Origin: Macrostomum hystrix | Taxonomy: Eukaryota; Animalia; Platyhelminthes | Direction: 5' to 3' | Length of the DNA stretch: 64,000 nt | Assembly (NCBI GenBank): GCA_950097015.1 | Contig: CATNEN010000039.1 | Span: 806,001 to 870,000, forward strand | In this document: positions 1 to 11,807 of the stretch, piece after piece | How the letters are laid out: every line of letters starts with the position of its first letter | Position numbering within the stretch: position 1 is the stretch's first letter | Notes under the pieces: generated by a model | Told to the model about the DNA's origin: nothing | Seen by the model: only the letters and a program-made list of their open reading frames with translations | Database searches by the model: none | Translations under genes and position numbers: made by a program

Positions 1-650
1 CTGCTCGTTGAAAGGGGAGATATTAAGTCCTTGGGTGGTTAACCAGTTAACCAGACAAATAACAACTAGTTAGCATTTAGTAATAGCATTTTACTGATTC
101 TGATTAAATCAAAATATTTAGTCAATTTAATTTGATTATTTGTCTTATTCCCAGGCCAAATGGCAGTTCAATTAATCATTATCCCACATTTTACTGGCCA
201 GTCTTTTGAATATGCTAATAAATAAATAAAATATAATACTTCATTATGGGACTGTAGCCCTCATTGGAATATAGACTAGAGACAGAGTAATGAAAGGTGA
301 AAATAAAATATATATTCTAGCCACTAAAACATTGTGCACTGTTCACTAACACAAGAATTTATAATTGATGATTTTTGAGGTAGGGTATTGGCTATTAAGG
401 ATGTGAAGGACTAATATTTCACATCTATGCTTCTATAAAAAATTTAAGGCTACATTTGGAAGGGCAAAAGAAGAAAGAAGAACAAAGCAAATAAAGGTAC
501 AAACAAAACTGGGAACTTTGCTACTGCTACACAATGCTAAAATGTCATGATTTTTTAGAAAACATATACAGTTGGAATGCATAATAATAGGCTATGCGCA
601 ACATAAGTGCGGAACAGTATGAACAACATTTTTAACTAAAAAATGCTTAC

Positions 651-970
651 CTTTGTCGGTCCCATGCATCAACTATGAACACTATTCCATCAACAGCTGG
701 AAAGTATGTCTTCCAGACTTTCCTTGCTTGCTCATGACCACCAAGATCAAATGTGGTAAACTTCATGCCACCAATCGATAGCTCTTCCGTGGTAGGATAG
801 AGCGTTGGATTGTGCGTTCCCATTCGATCATCCTTAAGCATGTGAAGAAGTGTAGTCTTGCCTGCATTGTCTAGACCCAAGAAAACGAGCTTGCCGCTTT
901 TCTTCCACAAGCCAAGGTAACCTAAAATTCCTGACACGGAGCCAGAAATCCAATCCCACCAGCCGCTCAT
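651..970 (-). CDS. SAR1: Sar1 small GTPase (COPII), first coding exon; gene continues off the left edge
   Basis: MSGWWDW...[21 protein letters not shown]...[13 protein letters not shown]...[10 protein letters not shown] are Sar1 signatures. ATG at 970, donor AG|GTAAG at 650. A pyrimidine tract plus CAG at 1-20 (minus) may be the next acceptor. Confidence 0.95.
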
Positions 971-1532
971 GATAATAAATGTGGATTTTTTGTTTTGAAC
1001 AAACAATATTTACTGTTACTTAACAGCCTACCAAAAAGTGATTTGATGACGCACGCATAAATTTCTGGAAAAACAAATCTATAACAATGTGACGACTTAT
1101 AACAAAAAAAACGACACAACTTTGCGAAGATAACGTTCTTAGAAAATTAAAAGAAGAATTCTTTAAATAACAAAAATATAAATAAATTTTCTGCATATTC
1201 TTAAAAAACTTTACCTTATTAATACGTTTCCGTGAATCTATAAATTTATAGTCTCTATCTATTTCTCATCGCGGCTTTGATGCGCTCACCACTCCGTTCA
1301 ATGATTGTACGTGTAGTAACTTATCGATCTCTATCTTGTCATTGTCAGCTATGCGCACTCAGCTGTACCCCCTCAAAACCCACCCCTCCCTTATCGGTTT
1401 ATACCCCTTTTTAGCGTAATAAATAAACTGTTCAAGGCCTAGAGCTTCTACTGGAGCTTGTTGACCGTCACCTAAACCATCGCTCTTAAGTCCAAGTTTT
1501 TCACACTCGTAATTATAATGCTCGTGACAATG

Positions 1533-1807
1533 ATCTTTTCCTATAGCAACGGCGATCGAGGTCTGGCGAAAACACGAGCTAACGTCGTTATTCACCATTC
1601 TATTGGTGCAGTTAGTTTTTCAATAAGAACGAGAACTTCTTCTGAGAAAATAGTGTGTGTAACAAACACACATCTTTTCCTATAGCAACGGCGATCGAGG
1701 TCTGGCGAAAACACGAGCTAACGTCGTTACTCACCATTCTATTGGTGCAGTTAGTTTTTCAATAAGAACGAGAACTTCTTCTGAGAAAATAGTGTGTGTA
1801 ACAAACA
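1533..1807. repeat. Tandem duplication, 139-bp period, 2 copies
   Basis: atcttttcctatagcaacggcg...gtgtaacaaaca at 1533 and 1672, near identical. Confidence 0.9.
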
Positions 1808-2240
1808 GCAGAGATCAGCGCAATAATACGTATGGACCACGAGTAGTAGAATTAAGCTTCATTATTAGTGGTCTTCGATCAATGTATTTGTTCTCGCTCC
1901 GCCCTTCTAATGCCCCAATTCATTCGTGAGTATATATTGCTATGGAATAACAGTGCCAATGCATTACATATAACCCAGGGATAAATCGTTTTTATTTGCA
2001 GTATAATTCCTTGACATTTTTAAATGAATGTATGTGTGTATCAGCAAGATAAAAAGAAAGTTTTAAATAAATCCCTAAAAACACGGAATTTTAATAATGC
2101 AATTATATAAAGAATCGTCGCACTTTATGCACCGAATCTATTTTGCCGATTCTCAATCGCCCAAACAGTCTCACTTCGCCAAAAACCAAAATTCCATACC
2201 GACTTAATTCTATACTTATCTGTGCCGCGATTGTCTGTAG

Positions 2241-2920
2241 CAGGGGTTGGCAAACTTATTATCGTGCGGGCCACGGAGAACCCAAAAGACGGGCCGCAGT
2301 GACTTATGAGAAAGGGGAGAGATAAGTCACATGATAGATAAGGCAGGGGAGAGATAAGACAGGGGAGAGATGAGACACGGGAGAGATGAGACACATGATA
2401 GATAAGGCAGGGGAGAGATAAGACAGGGGAGAGATGAGACACGGGAGAGATGAGACACATGATAGATAAGACTGGCCGGAGAGATAAGACAGAGGAGATG
2501 AGACGCAGAAGAGATGAGGCACAGGAGAGTAGAGACAGGGGAGAGTAAGACATGGGAGAGATGAGGCAGGGGAGAGATAAGACAGAGGAGATGAGACGCA
2601 GAAGAGATGAGGCACAGGAGAGTAGAGACAGGGGAGAGTAAGACAGGGGAGAGATGAGGCAGGGGAGAGATAAGACAGGAGAGATGAGACACGGGAGAGA
2701 TGAGGCACTGAAGAGATAAGACAGGAGAGATGAGACAGGGGAGAGATGAGACAGGAGAGATGAGACGGGAGAGATGAGACAGGAGAGATGAGACATGGGA
2801 GAAATGAGAATCTCGATCTCCAATTGACAGGATACTGTAGGTGTTGGAAGGGGCAACTGGCCGGATTTGGGAGCTTCGAGGGGCGCATCTGGCCCGCGGG
2901 CCGGAGTTTGCCGACCCCTG
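2241..2920. mobile_element. Non-autonomous hAT (Charlie/Buster-like) MITE
   Basis: 15-bp TIRs caggggttggcaaac / gtttgccgacccctg (1 mismatch), subterminal gcgggcc motifs, 8-bp flanks gtctgtag (2233-2240) and gtctatag (2921-2928), 7/8 identical. Confidence 0.85.
2304..2800. repeat. Degenerate purine-rich tandem repeat inside the hAT MITE
   Basis: Repeated ggggagagat(g/a)agaca units of about 16-18 bp. Confidence 0.9.
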
Positions 2921-3503
2921 GTCTATAGTCAAATCAGATTTGTTTCCTCCGCAAACAGGTCATAGATTTATGATCCTGGCGTAATGGTTGAAACTGGAAT
3001 GGTTTAACGATGAACAATTGAACTATTGAACCATTGGATGAAAACAGCAATTATGTACTTGCAGTTGAGCTCGTTTTGATAATATATTTAGCAAGGAATA
3101 GTTAGTTTAGAAAGGATTTCTCATCCATGTTACCCGGATCACGCAATTGTCGACCTATCCACTCGCGCTATTCTGACATGGTCACGACAAGTAAAATAGG
3201 GTTAGTTATATACCACAACTGATAAGTATAAAATAAGTTTTCTGTTCACAGGAAAAAGACAATTTAGACGGCACGATCCGAAAAGCCGGGGACTCTGGTG
3301 GAAATCTCGGTTCTCAACGCTAGAAATCATCGGAGCTGATGAAGCTGGAAGAGCTGAACGTCAGGCGTCCCAGCGCAGGTCAGTGCTGGACAGAGGGCCG
3401 ATGTGGCAGGACAGAGCACCTGTCGAAAGCTGCGAGCTGCGAATGGGGAATGTGCACATCATGAAATCATGACTTGATCGAATATCTAGATCTAGAACAT
3501 CAT

Positions 3504-4137
3504 TTAAAACAAAACAGAGCAAAGACTAACGACAGAAAAATCGCCTCCTACTCTGGAGTTCTTGGAGCGTGAAATATTCTGGGGATTTCTGCTAAAACTG
3601 CTAAGAGGCCGTGCGAACCTCTGCAAGCCCTGACGCTGTCCCAGCCGGGCGTCTGTACTTTCCGCTTCCCGCGCCGATCGAGTTGGCCAGGTCAAGGATC
3701 TCTGTCGGTGAGAACTCGGCTCTGGTGGCAGCTCGGAGCGCTGGGTCTCACCAGGGCTCAGCGTCCGGTCCGGACTTCCCCGAGTTCGGAAGCGTGACAC
3801 CTTAGCGATGGCCGTGCTGGCCAGTCTGCAATTCAGATGTGGGCGATAAGCGTTCATTCCCTCCCTGCGCTGCCTCCATGTCAGTACTCAACTCATATTC
3901 CTCTTACCTGGCGCTGACTCGGTGCCGATGACACGGCTGTTGCAGCTCCAGCACTGAGTCGGGGAGCACAGAGGCCAGACTGCCGGCCTCGCCACGACGC
4001 CTGGCCTGCAGGCACAGCCGGTGCAGCAGCAGCAGCAGGCCCAGCAGCAGCAGCAGAGCGGCGGCTGCGGCGGCTGCTGCCAAGGACAGCGCGGCCGCTC
4101 GCTGCCGCAGCTGCTGCTTCAGTTCTCCTGCTGCCAT
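3504..4137 (-). CDS. Putative 2-exon orphan gene (~183 aa) with N-terminal hydrophobic segment
   Basis: Exons 4137-3908 and 3825-3504 are joined in frame by an 82-nt GTAAG...TTGCAG intron. Contains AAAALLLLLGLLLLLH. No recognisable homology. Confidence 0.3.
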
Positions 4138-4399
4138 CGGAAATCTTGTCAGTGTCCTTGCCTGAAATCACCAGCAGGAACTTGGTCAACCAGAATACTT
4201 TACTTTACAGCCCAAGCCTCCGGTTCTCGCGTCTGTTAGCCTGGGCTTAGCTGGCGTCAATCTTCCCTCTGTTTTACAGTCCTGTAGTGCACTGCGTTGC
4301 CCTCTCCCTCCCACGCTGGCATAGCGTCACTGTCAACGTGCACTGCTCTTGGCATGTACTTTGTGTTGCGTAATGCGCTCATGACTGGGCTGCACGTCG

Positions 4400-4590
4400 G
4401 CAGCCACTATGTGGCTGCGACTATATAAGAACTCAAATATACGGCCCAAGAGGCCACGTTCCTTACTCACTCAACGGCACTACAAGTCCCTAACCCATAC
4501 CCTACGTCGCATGAGCTGATTGGCTAGAGTGGCCATCGAGCTCCACCCCAAAAGTTTCTGTCTCCCAGCCGTCGTCTCATTGGCTAAAAC
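4400..4590 (-). promoter_or_regulatory. Candidate CCAAT-CCAAT-TATA promoter
   Basis: On the minus strand: agccaatg (4578-4585), agccaatc (4518-4525), then ttatatag (4421-4428), upstream of the 4137 ORF. Confidence 0.3.
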
Positions 4591-5278
4591 AGTATAAAGA
4601 CTTTAGTTCGCAAACTAAATTATTTTAAGTTTTTAGATATAAAAAATGCAACCCATCTCGCTGCTACAAATCAGATATCGCTTGGAAGTTACGAGTAGCT
4701 GCTTGACCGGCTGTGCATTTTATTTACAGATGTGGTAGCTAAGACTTAGCTTTTCAATTTTTATTGTCTTGCACTGATAGAGAGTACAGTTTAAAGTATT
4801 TAAAACTGAATTGAAATCTTAAATATTGGCTATCAGAAAATCGATGGTATACCCCAGTATGCGAACACAGGCTCAGCACAGACATGGTCCTACCTTGTGC
4901 TTTGGCAGAATAGATAGCGCTGACTGCAGCTTCGGCAGAGGACAGGCGCGCCCTGAGGACTCCCTGCCGAGCCCAGAGTTCAGCGCTTTATGTCTGAGCC
5001 GGCACGCACAAAACCGATTTATTCATCAGCGCCGTTCGCCTGTCCGCAGTCCTGTTCTTAGCCAGCAGTTTAGACAGCTCGTAATACGACAAGCGCTCAA
5101 TGAGTGGAGTGTTAGCAGTCACACTGGCAACAAGCACTGCACACCCTTGGTCATCACCGCAATGAAATCGGAACGCAAGTGCGGAGCCGAGAAACTCTCA
5201 CCTCTCCCAAACGGAAAGACCACACCTCAGGCATGGAAATGAAAGCTCAGATAAAGGCGGAGCATTCCAACTTCTCAT

Positions 5279-5559
5279 CTGCGAGCCTGCCTTCTCCCCT
5301 GATCCTCTGCGAGCCTGCCTTCTCCCCTGATCCTCTGCGAGCCTGCCTTCTCCCCTGATCCTCTGCGAGCCTGCCTTCTCCCCTGATCCTCTGCGAGCCT
5401 GCCTTCTCCCCTGATCCTCTGCGAGCCTGCCTTCTCCCCTGATCCTCTGCGAGCCTGCCTTCTCCCCTGATCCTCTGCGAGCCTGCCTTCTCCCCTGATC
5501 CTCTGCGAGCCTGCCTTCTCCCCTGATCCTCTGCGAGCCTGCCTTCTCCCCTGATCCTC
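5279..5559. repeat. Minisatellite, 28-bp unit, ~10 copies
   Basis: ctgcgagcctgccttctcccctgatcct repeated. Confidence 0.97.
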
Positions 5560-5874
5560 AGTGAGTCAGTGAGCTCCCAGGGACCAATTTCATGAGCAAC
5601 TGGTAACTGGTAAATAACCGCAGCTACTTGAAGTTTGGTTTCATGGCGAACTTTAGCAGCTGCTAACTATTAGCAGTCTGGTAAGCTGTGGTTTCACGAA
5701 TTGGCTGGTAAAACTGAGGCTGCTTGTATTGATTTAGAACGTCTATGTCTATGGCTCAAAGTATAGGGTGTTCTCGGGGGCTGGTAACGGTTGGTTTCAG
5801 GAGCATACCAGCGCTGCTAAAATAACCACATTTTCCACGGTTAAAACTTAGCATCCTACTTAGGTGGCTAAGAA

Positions 5875-6914
5875 ATGGAGCTGCCTATATACGACGCCCT
5901 TAATTTGCTCGAAGAGGAACCCGGGCCGCGTTAAGGGAATTTCGAGAGCGCTTGAACTTCGTCGTCGACTGGGATTTTAGACAGCGCTTTAGAAAGTTGC
6001 CACCTACGTTCGAGCATCTGCTCGAACGAATTCGCCCAACCTTGGAGTATGGTAGCGTTCGAAGTGGTCAATTGAGTGCCAGGGAGCAAGCGTTGACCGC
6101 ATTGCGTTTCTACGCCTGTAACGGCTTCTACCACGTACTTCGAGACGCGCACGGGCCTTCCGAGTCGTCTGTCACAAGAGTTGTGCGCCGCGTAACGACT
6201 GCCATCAACTCTGAGCTTTTTCACCATACCGTTGCTTGGCCGGACATCAACAACGTTGTGCAGAAGTTCTTTAACATCGCAGGAATGCCTTCTGTCTGTG
6301 GACTCATCGATGGGACCCTTATTCCCATTAAGAAACCTGGACTTCACGAAAACCAGTTCGTGGACCGTAAAGGTCAACACTCGTTGAATGTGCTACTTTT
6401 GAGCGGACCAGATCATCAATTTTATTTTTGCAACGCATCATGGCCGGGAAGTGTAAGCGACGCAAGGGTGTTGCGCAACAGCAGTCTGTATACACTTTTC
6501 CAGATGCAGCAATGGCGTCCAATCCCAGGAGCCGTCATACTCGGTGACAGTATTTTCCCTTGCTTGGATTGGTTAATACCACCTGTTCTAGGCGACAATC
6601 TGGCTCCAGCAACCGCCGCATTTAACAGGGCTCAAAAGAAGACGCGATCAGTCGTAGAGCGCAGTATCGGACTGCTAAAATTGCGCTTCCCCTGTCTCAA
6701 TGGTCTGCGCGTTCAAGGTCCTGTTTACTCGGCTGAGATAGTCAAGGCGTGTGTTGTTCTGCACTATCTTTGCATTCAACTTGAAGGACAAGTTGACGAC
6801 AATTTGGCAGCAGAGCTTTTGCATCCGGTGGTGGGCATCGATATACCCATGGAGGGCGAAGTAGTGAACGCAAACGACAACCGGCGGAGACAACTTATTG
6901 AATTATTCCAATGA
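5875..6914 (+). CDS. Harbinger (HARBI1-like) DDE transposase, frameshifted near the 5' end
   Basis: FRQRFR, GLIDGTLIPI, WPGSVSDARV, LGDS, VVERSIGLLKLRF motifs. The ATG at 5875 is one base out of frame with the main ORF at about 5931. Confidence 0.88.
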
Positions 6915-7873
6915 CTGATTTGAATCGATAACAGAAACTAACTATTGAAAAGCATGTTAAAGACCAAATGTTAAAGTTAAACGTTTATGTATGCAACTTT
7001 TGCGAACACAGCGTTATTGAATTTTAATCCTGTCGTATGTTGGAAAGTTAAAGCTTTTAAATTAATTGATAAACACTGTTATAAACACTGAAACTAATAA
7101 ACGCGTGAATAAATGATGCAACAAATGTTAACAACACAATGCGTTTTTCGGTGTTCATCCAATCTTAATAACAGCTTTAGCATAGTACTAGCAAGTTTTG
7201 CCCCCATTCGGGGAGCAGAAATATTTTTAATTCGTCCAGTAGATACTTTTTAGCAGCTGTAGTTTCAGCTTGTTTTAAGTTACAATGATCCCCAAGTTGA
7301 CCATGATCCCCAAGCAAGATTTTCATTTTTAGTATAGTAGAAGATGAAGCATGTTTTATTCAGTTTTCTGTTCGTTTACAACATCGGAAATGATTAAAGC
7401 AGCGGTGCATTCTTGCAATGCTATGCATTAGTGACACATCACTGATTTTAACATTTTTCATGATATCGTATTACTTGGCAGAGCTAGATCTATTTTTACA
7501 CCGTGTTTACCTGTCTTACTGTGTATATCAAACAAAAGTCCTGGTGAAATTCTGCCGCAATTTTCCCTTGTTTTCCTCTAAGCTTTTCGCTTCCGATTAC
7601 ACTTTATCGCCCATTTTGCGAGGCAAGTTTGTCGCTTGTGACTTGTATCTAGCACCGATGTTTAGGGAAGAGGGGAAGAGAAGATACAGAAGGGAAGTCG
7701 GGACTAGGTGATGTGGGGAGGAAGGGGACATAAGGAAGTTAGGCAGCGGGGAATATGGGAAAGATGAGATGTGGGGAAGTTTGAAGTTGGGGAAATATTA
7801 GTTTGGAAGAATGATATGTGGGAAAGATAGGGGTTTAGCTATGAAAAATAACAGCTTTAGTTGCTGTTATTTT

Positions 7874-8535
7874 TTAGTATTTTAGTATATCATCTTGCTG
7901 CTCGAGTTCAAGTTTTCGGATTTCCAGGCGCAGCTTTTTGTTGCGTAGTCGTAGAAACTCGAGAACCAACTCTTCTTTTTCCGTCATCTTCTCCGGCTTC
8001 CTTCGACGTGGTGTCGATGGCGCTTCGCCTGCTTCGTCGCTGAGCAGGGCCAACATCGAAGGCCTGGCCATGGATGGCTTTTCCGCCGAGCTGCATAAGG
8101 CATAGTACTATTCCTGAGGCATAGTACGGTTTAAGTTGTCTATATGGACAGATGCATCGGAAGCGGCATCGGGTCGAATGCAGGGCACACTTTCTTCGAC
8201 ATCAAGCCCACATACCGAAGAACTTTCCTTTCCAATGACTTCCAGAACCATACGATCCACATCTGTCTCCTTGGCAAGAGTCCCTCCTCCGGCGCCCGTC
8301 TAACGACTAGCGTCTCGCTTCTTCATTGTTGCCATCCGAATGTTTTTCCACATTGTGTCGTGCAGATATGCAACTGGCTTGCACAACCCATTTGCCTCCA
8401 TCGTGGGTTCGGATTTCCTCCCAAGCGTGTCGCTTTTTCGATTTGGCTTCTGCGTTATCCGCAAAACTACCGAACAAAACGGCCTTTTTGTCTCTCATGA
8501 GACAGAAAGAGGAGCTTTTGCTCCGGCGTGGACAT
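7874..8535 (-). pseudogene. Harbinger Myb/SANT-like DNA-binding protein, disrupted
   Basis: Manual join across frameshifts: MSTPEQKLLFL / MRDKKAVLFG...KKRHAWEEI / ...WKNIRMATMKKRDASR*TGAGGG, with a C-terminal coiled coil (LRLEIRKLELE). Confidence 0.75.
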
Positions 8536-9459
8536 GGTTAAAATCTTTTCAGTATTGACTTCTAAGCTAGCGAGTCTAGAGCCTTATATACTACCCGCTC
8601 CTTCTCTTTCTCCTTCTCCAACTCAGCTTCTTCTTCTGCTGCAAAGCGAATGTCTATGGCACGAATTCAATGCTAGGGGGAATAGCAGTACTGATATTTA
8701 CCAGCAGATATTTACCAGTTGCTTTATGAAACCAGTTTTTAGCAGACTGCTGAATATCCACAGTTATTTTAGCTGCTGCTAACTGCTAATTTACCAGTTG
8801 CTCATGAAATCGGTCCCTGATTCCGTGTGTGGCTGTTTTTCAGTAAACTCTGGCAGTAGTGTTTGAGTAGTCGTGAGCAGTAAGTGCAGCCGATGCAGCT
8901 GAAGCATGTGATTATCAGAAAGCTTTGAATCGCCAACAGTGGCAGGTGTTTGAGTCCGTCACGCCCTGATGAGGCCCGAGGGCGCAGGTAAATGAAAAAA
9001 TTCAGGCAGCTCAGAGTGAGCTGCAGCAGCGGGAGGAATTTTAGTAGCTGAAATTTTAGTGGAAAAAGTTTCACAGGCTCGGAACAAGGGCTGAGTTTTA
9101 GCCCCTTTGTTTAACTCTGAGAATCTTGGAAACGAGAATTGTCTTCTAACATTGCTTTGAAAAGTTGGCATGGTAACCATGCATGGTACCGCTACCCCTA
9201 GTATTTTGGCCTTTAATGCAAGCAGTGAAACTGCAGGCAAAAATTAAAGTGGAAAAAATAGATTAGCCTTCTGTGAATCCAGATAGCTGCTGTAATGCCT
9301 GGGAAACTGCTGCTGCTGCTGCTGCTGCTGCCGGCGTGGGTCCGCGCCAATGTTGGCTCCTGTAAGCTGCTGATTGCCACCATTGTTGTGTCTCATTGTT
9401 AGACTTGTTAGCTTGTCTAGGGGTTTTAGCCTAGTGGATCGAGGTGCCATGGGATCTTC

Positions 9460-10095
9460 GTTAAGCTAGAATTCCTCCGATCCCTCTGGGTCCTGCGTCT
9501 ACGACAAGTTCTGTTGGCAGCTTCTGGTCGAAGAAACTGAGGGCTTCAGCATCGGTGATCCGTAGTTTTAGCTGCCGGAATGCGGTTTCCTCGGCGTCCT
9601 CAGCTCCACACGGTGTCCTTCTTTGTCAGGCGCCGCAGAGGCTCGGCGATCGTGGCTGGCTGAGGAGTGAACACCGCCAGGTAGCTGACCAAGCCCAAGA
9701 AGGACCTCACCTGACTAACTGTCTCCGGTGCCTTCAAGGACTTGACGCTATCGATTTTGTCCTCGGTTGACTGGACTCCGTTGGCGGACAGATGCATACC
9801 CATGAAGGTGATTTCGTCTCTGGCAATCTTGCACTTGCTTGGGTTGAGTGTAATGCCGTGCTGCAGCAGGCGGGCATGCCGGCAGATTCTTGTTGTGCTC
9901 CTCTAGCGGATGCCCAAAACGACAATTTCGTCATGAATCCACTTGACTTTGCTAAGCCCAGCCAGAACTCCCGACATGACGATTTGCAAAATCTGCTGGG
10001 CTGTTAACAAGCCCATGCACGGGCGCTTGAGTGCCACTCGTGGCCGCTGCCGCTTGGTCGAGAATGACAGCAAGTTTCTGCAGCTCTCAGCTCTC
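9460..10095 (-). pseudogene. Degenerate Ty3/Gypsy pol fragment (RT to start of RNase H)
   Basis: MGLLTAQQILQ...WIHDEIVV...ITLNPSKC...VRSFLGLVSYL...EPLRRLTKK...LVVDAGPRGIGGIL, with stops and frameshifts. Confidence 0.8.
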
Positions 10096-10188
10096 TCCAA
10101 ATTGCTGTTTGGAGCAGGTGGTGCCCTGCTGTGTCTAACTGGCAAATCCCATTTTGTGATCCATGCTTTCTCATGCTTTCACTCGCAG

Positions 10189-11557
10189 CCACCGGCTTCA
10201 GCAACGAGGAGCTGGTGGCCTCGGCGGCCAACCTGACAAGCGTCCAGAGCCGCCTGCCTGCCAGATCCGACATCGAGTGCGCCGCCCTCGCCTCCGCCAG
10301 GACCGCCGTCTCCGCTGGTCTCTACCTGGAGAAGGAGGGCCTCTGCCTGCTGATTGGCAACAGTGGAATCGGCGCTGCCGTATCCAGCATCGGCCAGCTG
10401 CTCAGAAAGGAGTGGAGCAAGCCAGGTGAGACACGGCAGGACTCCGTGACCACTGGCGGAAGGCTGAGGCACTGGGGTAGGGACTGAGGCACTGGGGTAG
10501 GGACTAAGGCACTGGGGTAGGGACTGAGTCACTGGGGTAGGGACTGAGGCACTAGGGTAGGGACTGAGGCACTGGGGTAGGGACTGAGGCACTGGGGTAG
10601 GGACTGAGGCACTGGGGTAGGGACTGAGGCACTGGGGTAGGGACTGAGGCACTGGGGTAGGGACTGAGGTACTGGGTAGGGACTAAGGCACTGGGGTAGG
10701 GACTGAGGCACTGGGGTAGGGACTGAGGCACTGGGGTAGGGACTAAGGCACTGGGGTAGGGACTGAGGCACTGGGGTAAGGTACTGAGGGACTGGGTTAG
10801 GGACTGAGGCAGTAGGGTAGGGACTGAGGCACTGGGGTAGGGACTGAGGCACTAGGGTAGGGACTGAGGCACTGGGGTAGGGACTGAGGCACTGGGGTAG
10901 GGACTGAGGCACTGGGGTAAGGTACTGAGGGACTGGTTGTTCATGGTGATGCTCGCAAGCACATTCCCGTACCGTTGCTAATCCTATCGCTGGTCAGAAC
11001 CAGCTGGGGCCGTCAGCAATCTCAACTATGGCTTCACGGTAATTCAGCAGCGCAGCAGCGGTCGGGTATTGTTCAACGAGACCTGGGCGAAGTACAAGGC
11101 CGGCTTTGGCAACGCCGACGAGTTCTGGCTCGGGCTGGACGAGATTCACAACCTGACCGCGGCAGCGCCGCGCCTGCTGCGGATCGAGCTGACCCTGATG
11201 AGCGGCGACTTCTTCCGGTTCGACTACGCCAACTTCAGCGTAGACTCGGAGGCCAACTTCTATGGTGTGAGCTTCGGCAACCTGAATGCCGCCTACCCGA
11301 ATGTCACCGGTGGAGCGAGCCTGCTGGTCCGCAACGGCAAGAAGTTCTCCACAACGGACTCCGACAATGTGCCCGGCCCGAAGAAGTGCAGCTCTGCCAC
11401 CAGCTCCGGCTGGTGGTTCGACGATGACTGCACGAGCTGCAACCTCAACGGCGCCTACAACTCCACAGCCGCCACGCCGAACGACAGCCGCTTCTTCTGG
11501 GACGGACTCAGCCCAGCGGGCACTCTGATCCGCGCCTGTAGGATGATGATTCGCTGA
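10189..11557 (+). CDS. Fibrinogen-related domain (FReD) protein, 5' end not identified
   Basis: Exons 10189-10425 and 10998-11557 join at a phase-1 GT-AG intron. Motifs GFTVIQQR, FNETWAKYKAGFG, EFWLGLDEIH, KFSTTDSDN, GWWFDDDC, NLNG. Confidence 0.88.
10464..10935. repeat. Minisatellite, 20-bp unit, in the FReD intron
   Basis: gggactgaggcactggggta repeated. Confidence 0.97.
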
Positions 11558-11807
11558 ACTGCCTAAGCAGACAGCGCGAGGCCTTTCAGACCATTAGGAA
11601 AATTGAGCACACAAACGTATATGCCTAAACGAACAGAGTAATCGGTTTGAATCCACAGATCTGTGATGAATTTTGCCACTGTGCACTTTTCACCGCGAGT
11701 GAAGTTGGAGCTGTGTCCGCCAGTGAATGTCACTGCTGAGTCTCCGCTGTCAAAATAGAAAGACCAGCCTGTGATCGTAAATGAAGCCGGACTACCTGAC
11801 TTGGCCC

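Larger units (their letters stand above)
5581..8816 (+). mobile_element. PIF/Harbinger DNA transposon, full-length two-gene layout, decayed
   Basis: 26-bp TIRs ggaccaatttcatgagcaactggtaa (5581-5606) and ttaccagttgctcatgaaatcggtcc (8791-8816). Flanks are CAG / CTG. Contains a HARBI1-like transposase and a convergent Myb/SANT-like gene. Confidence 0.92.
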
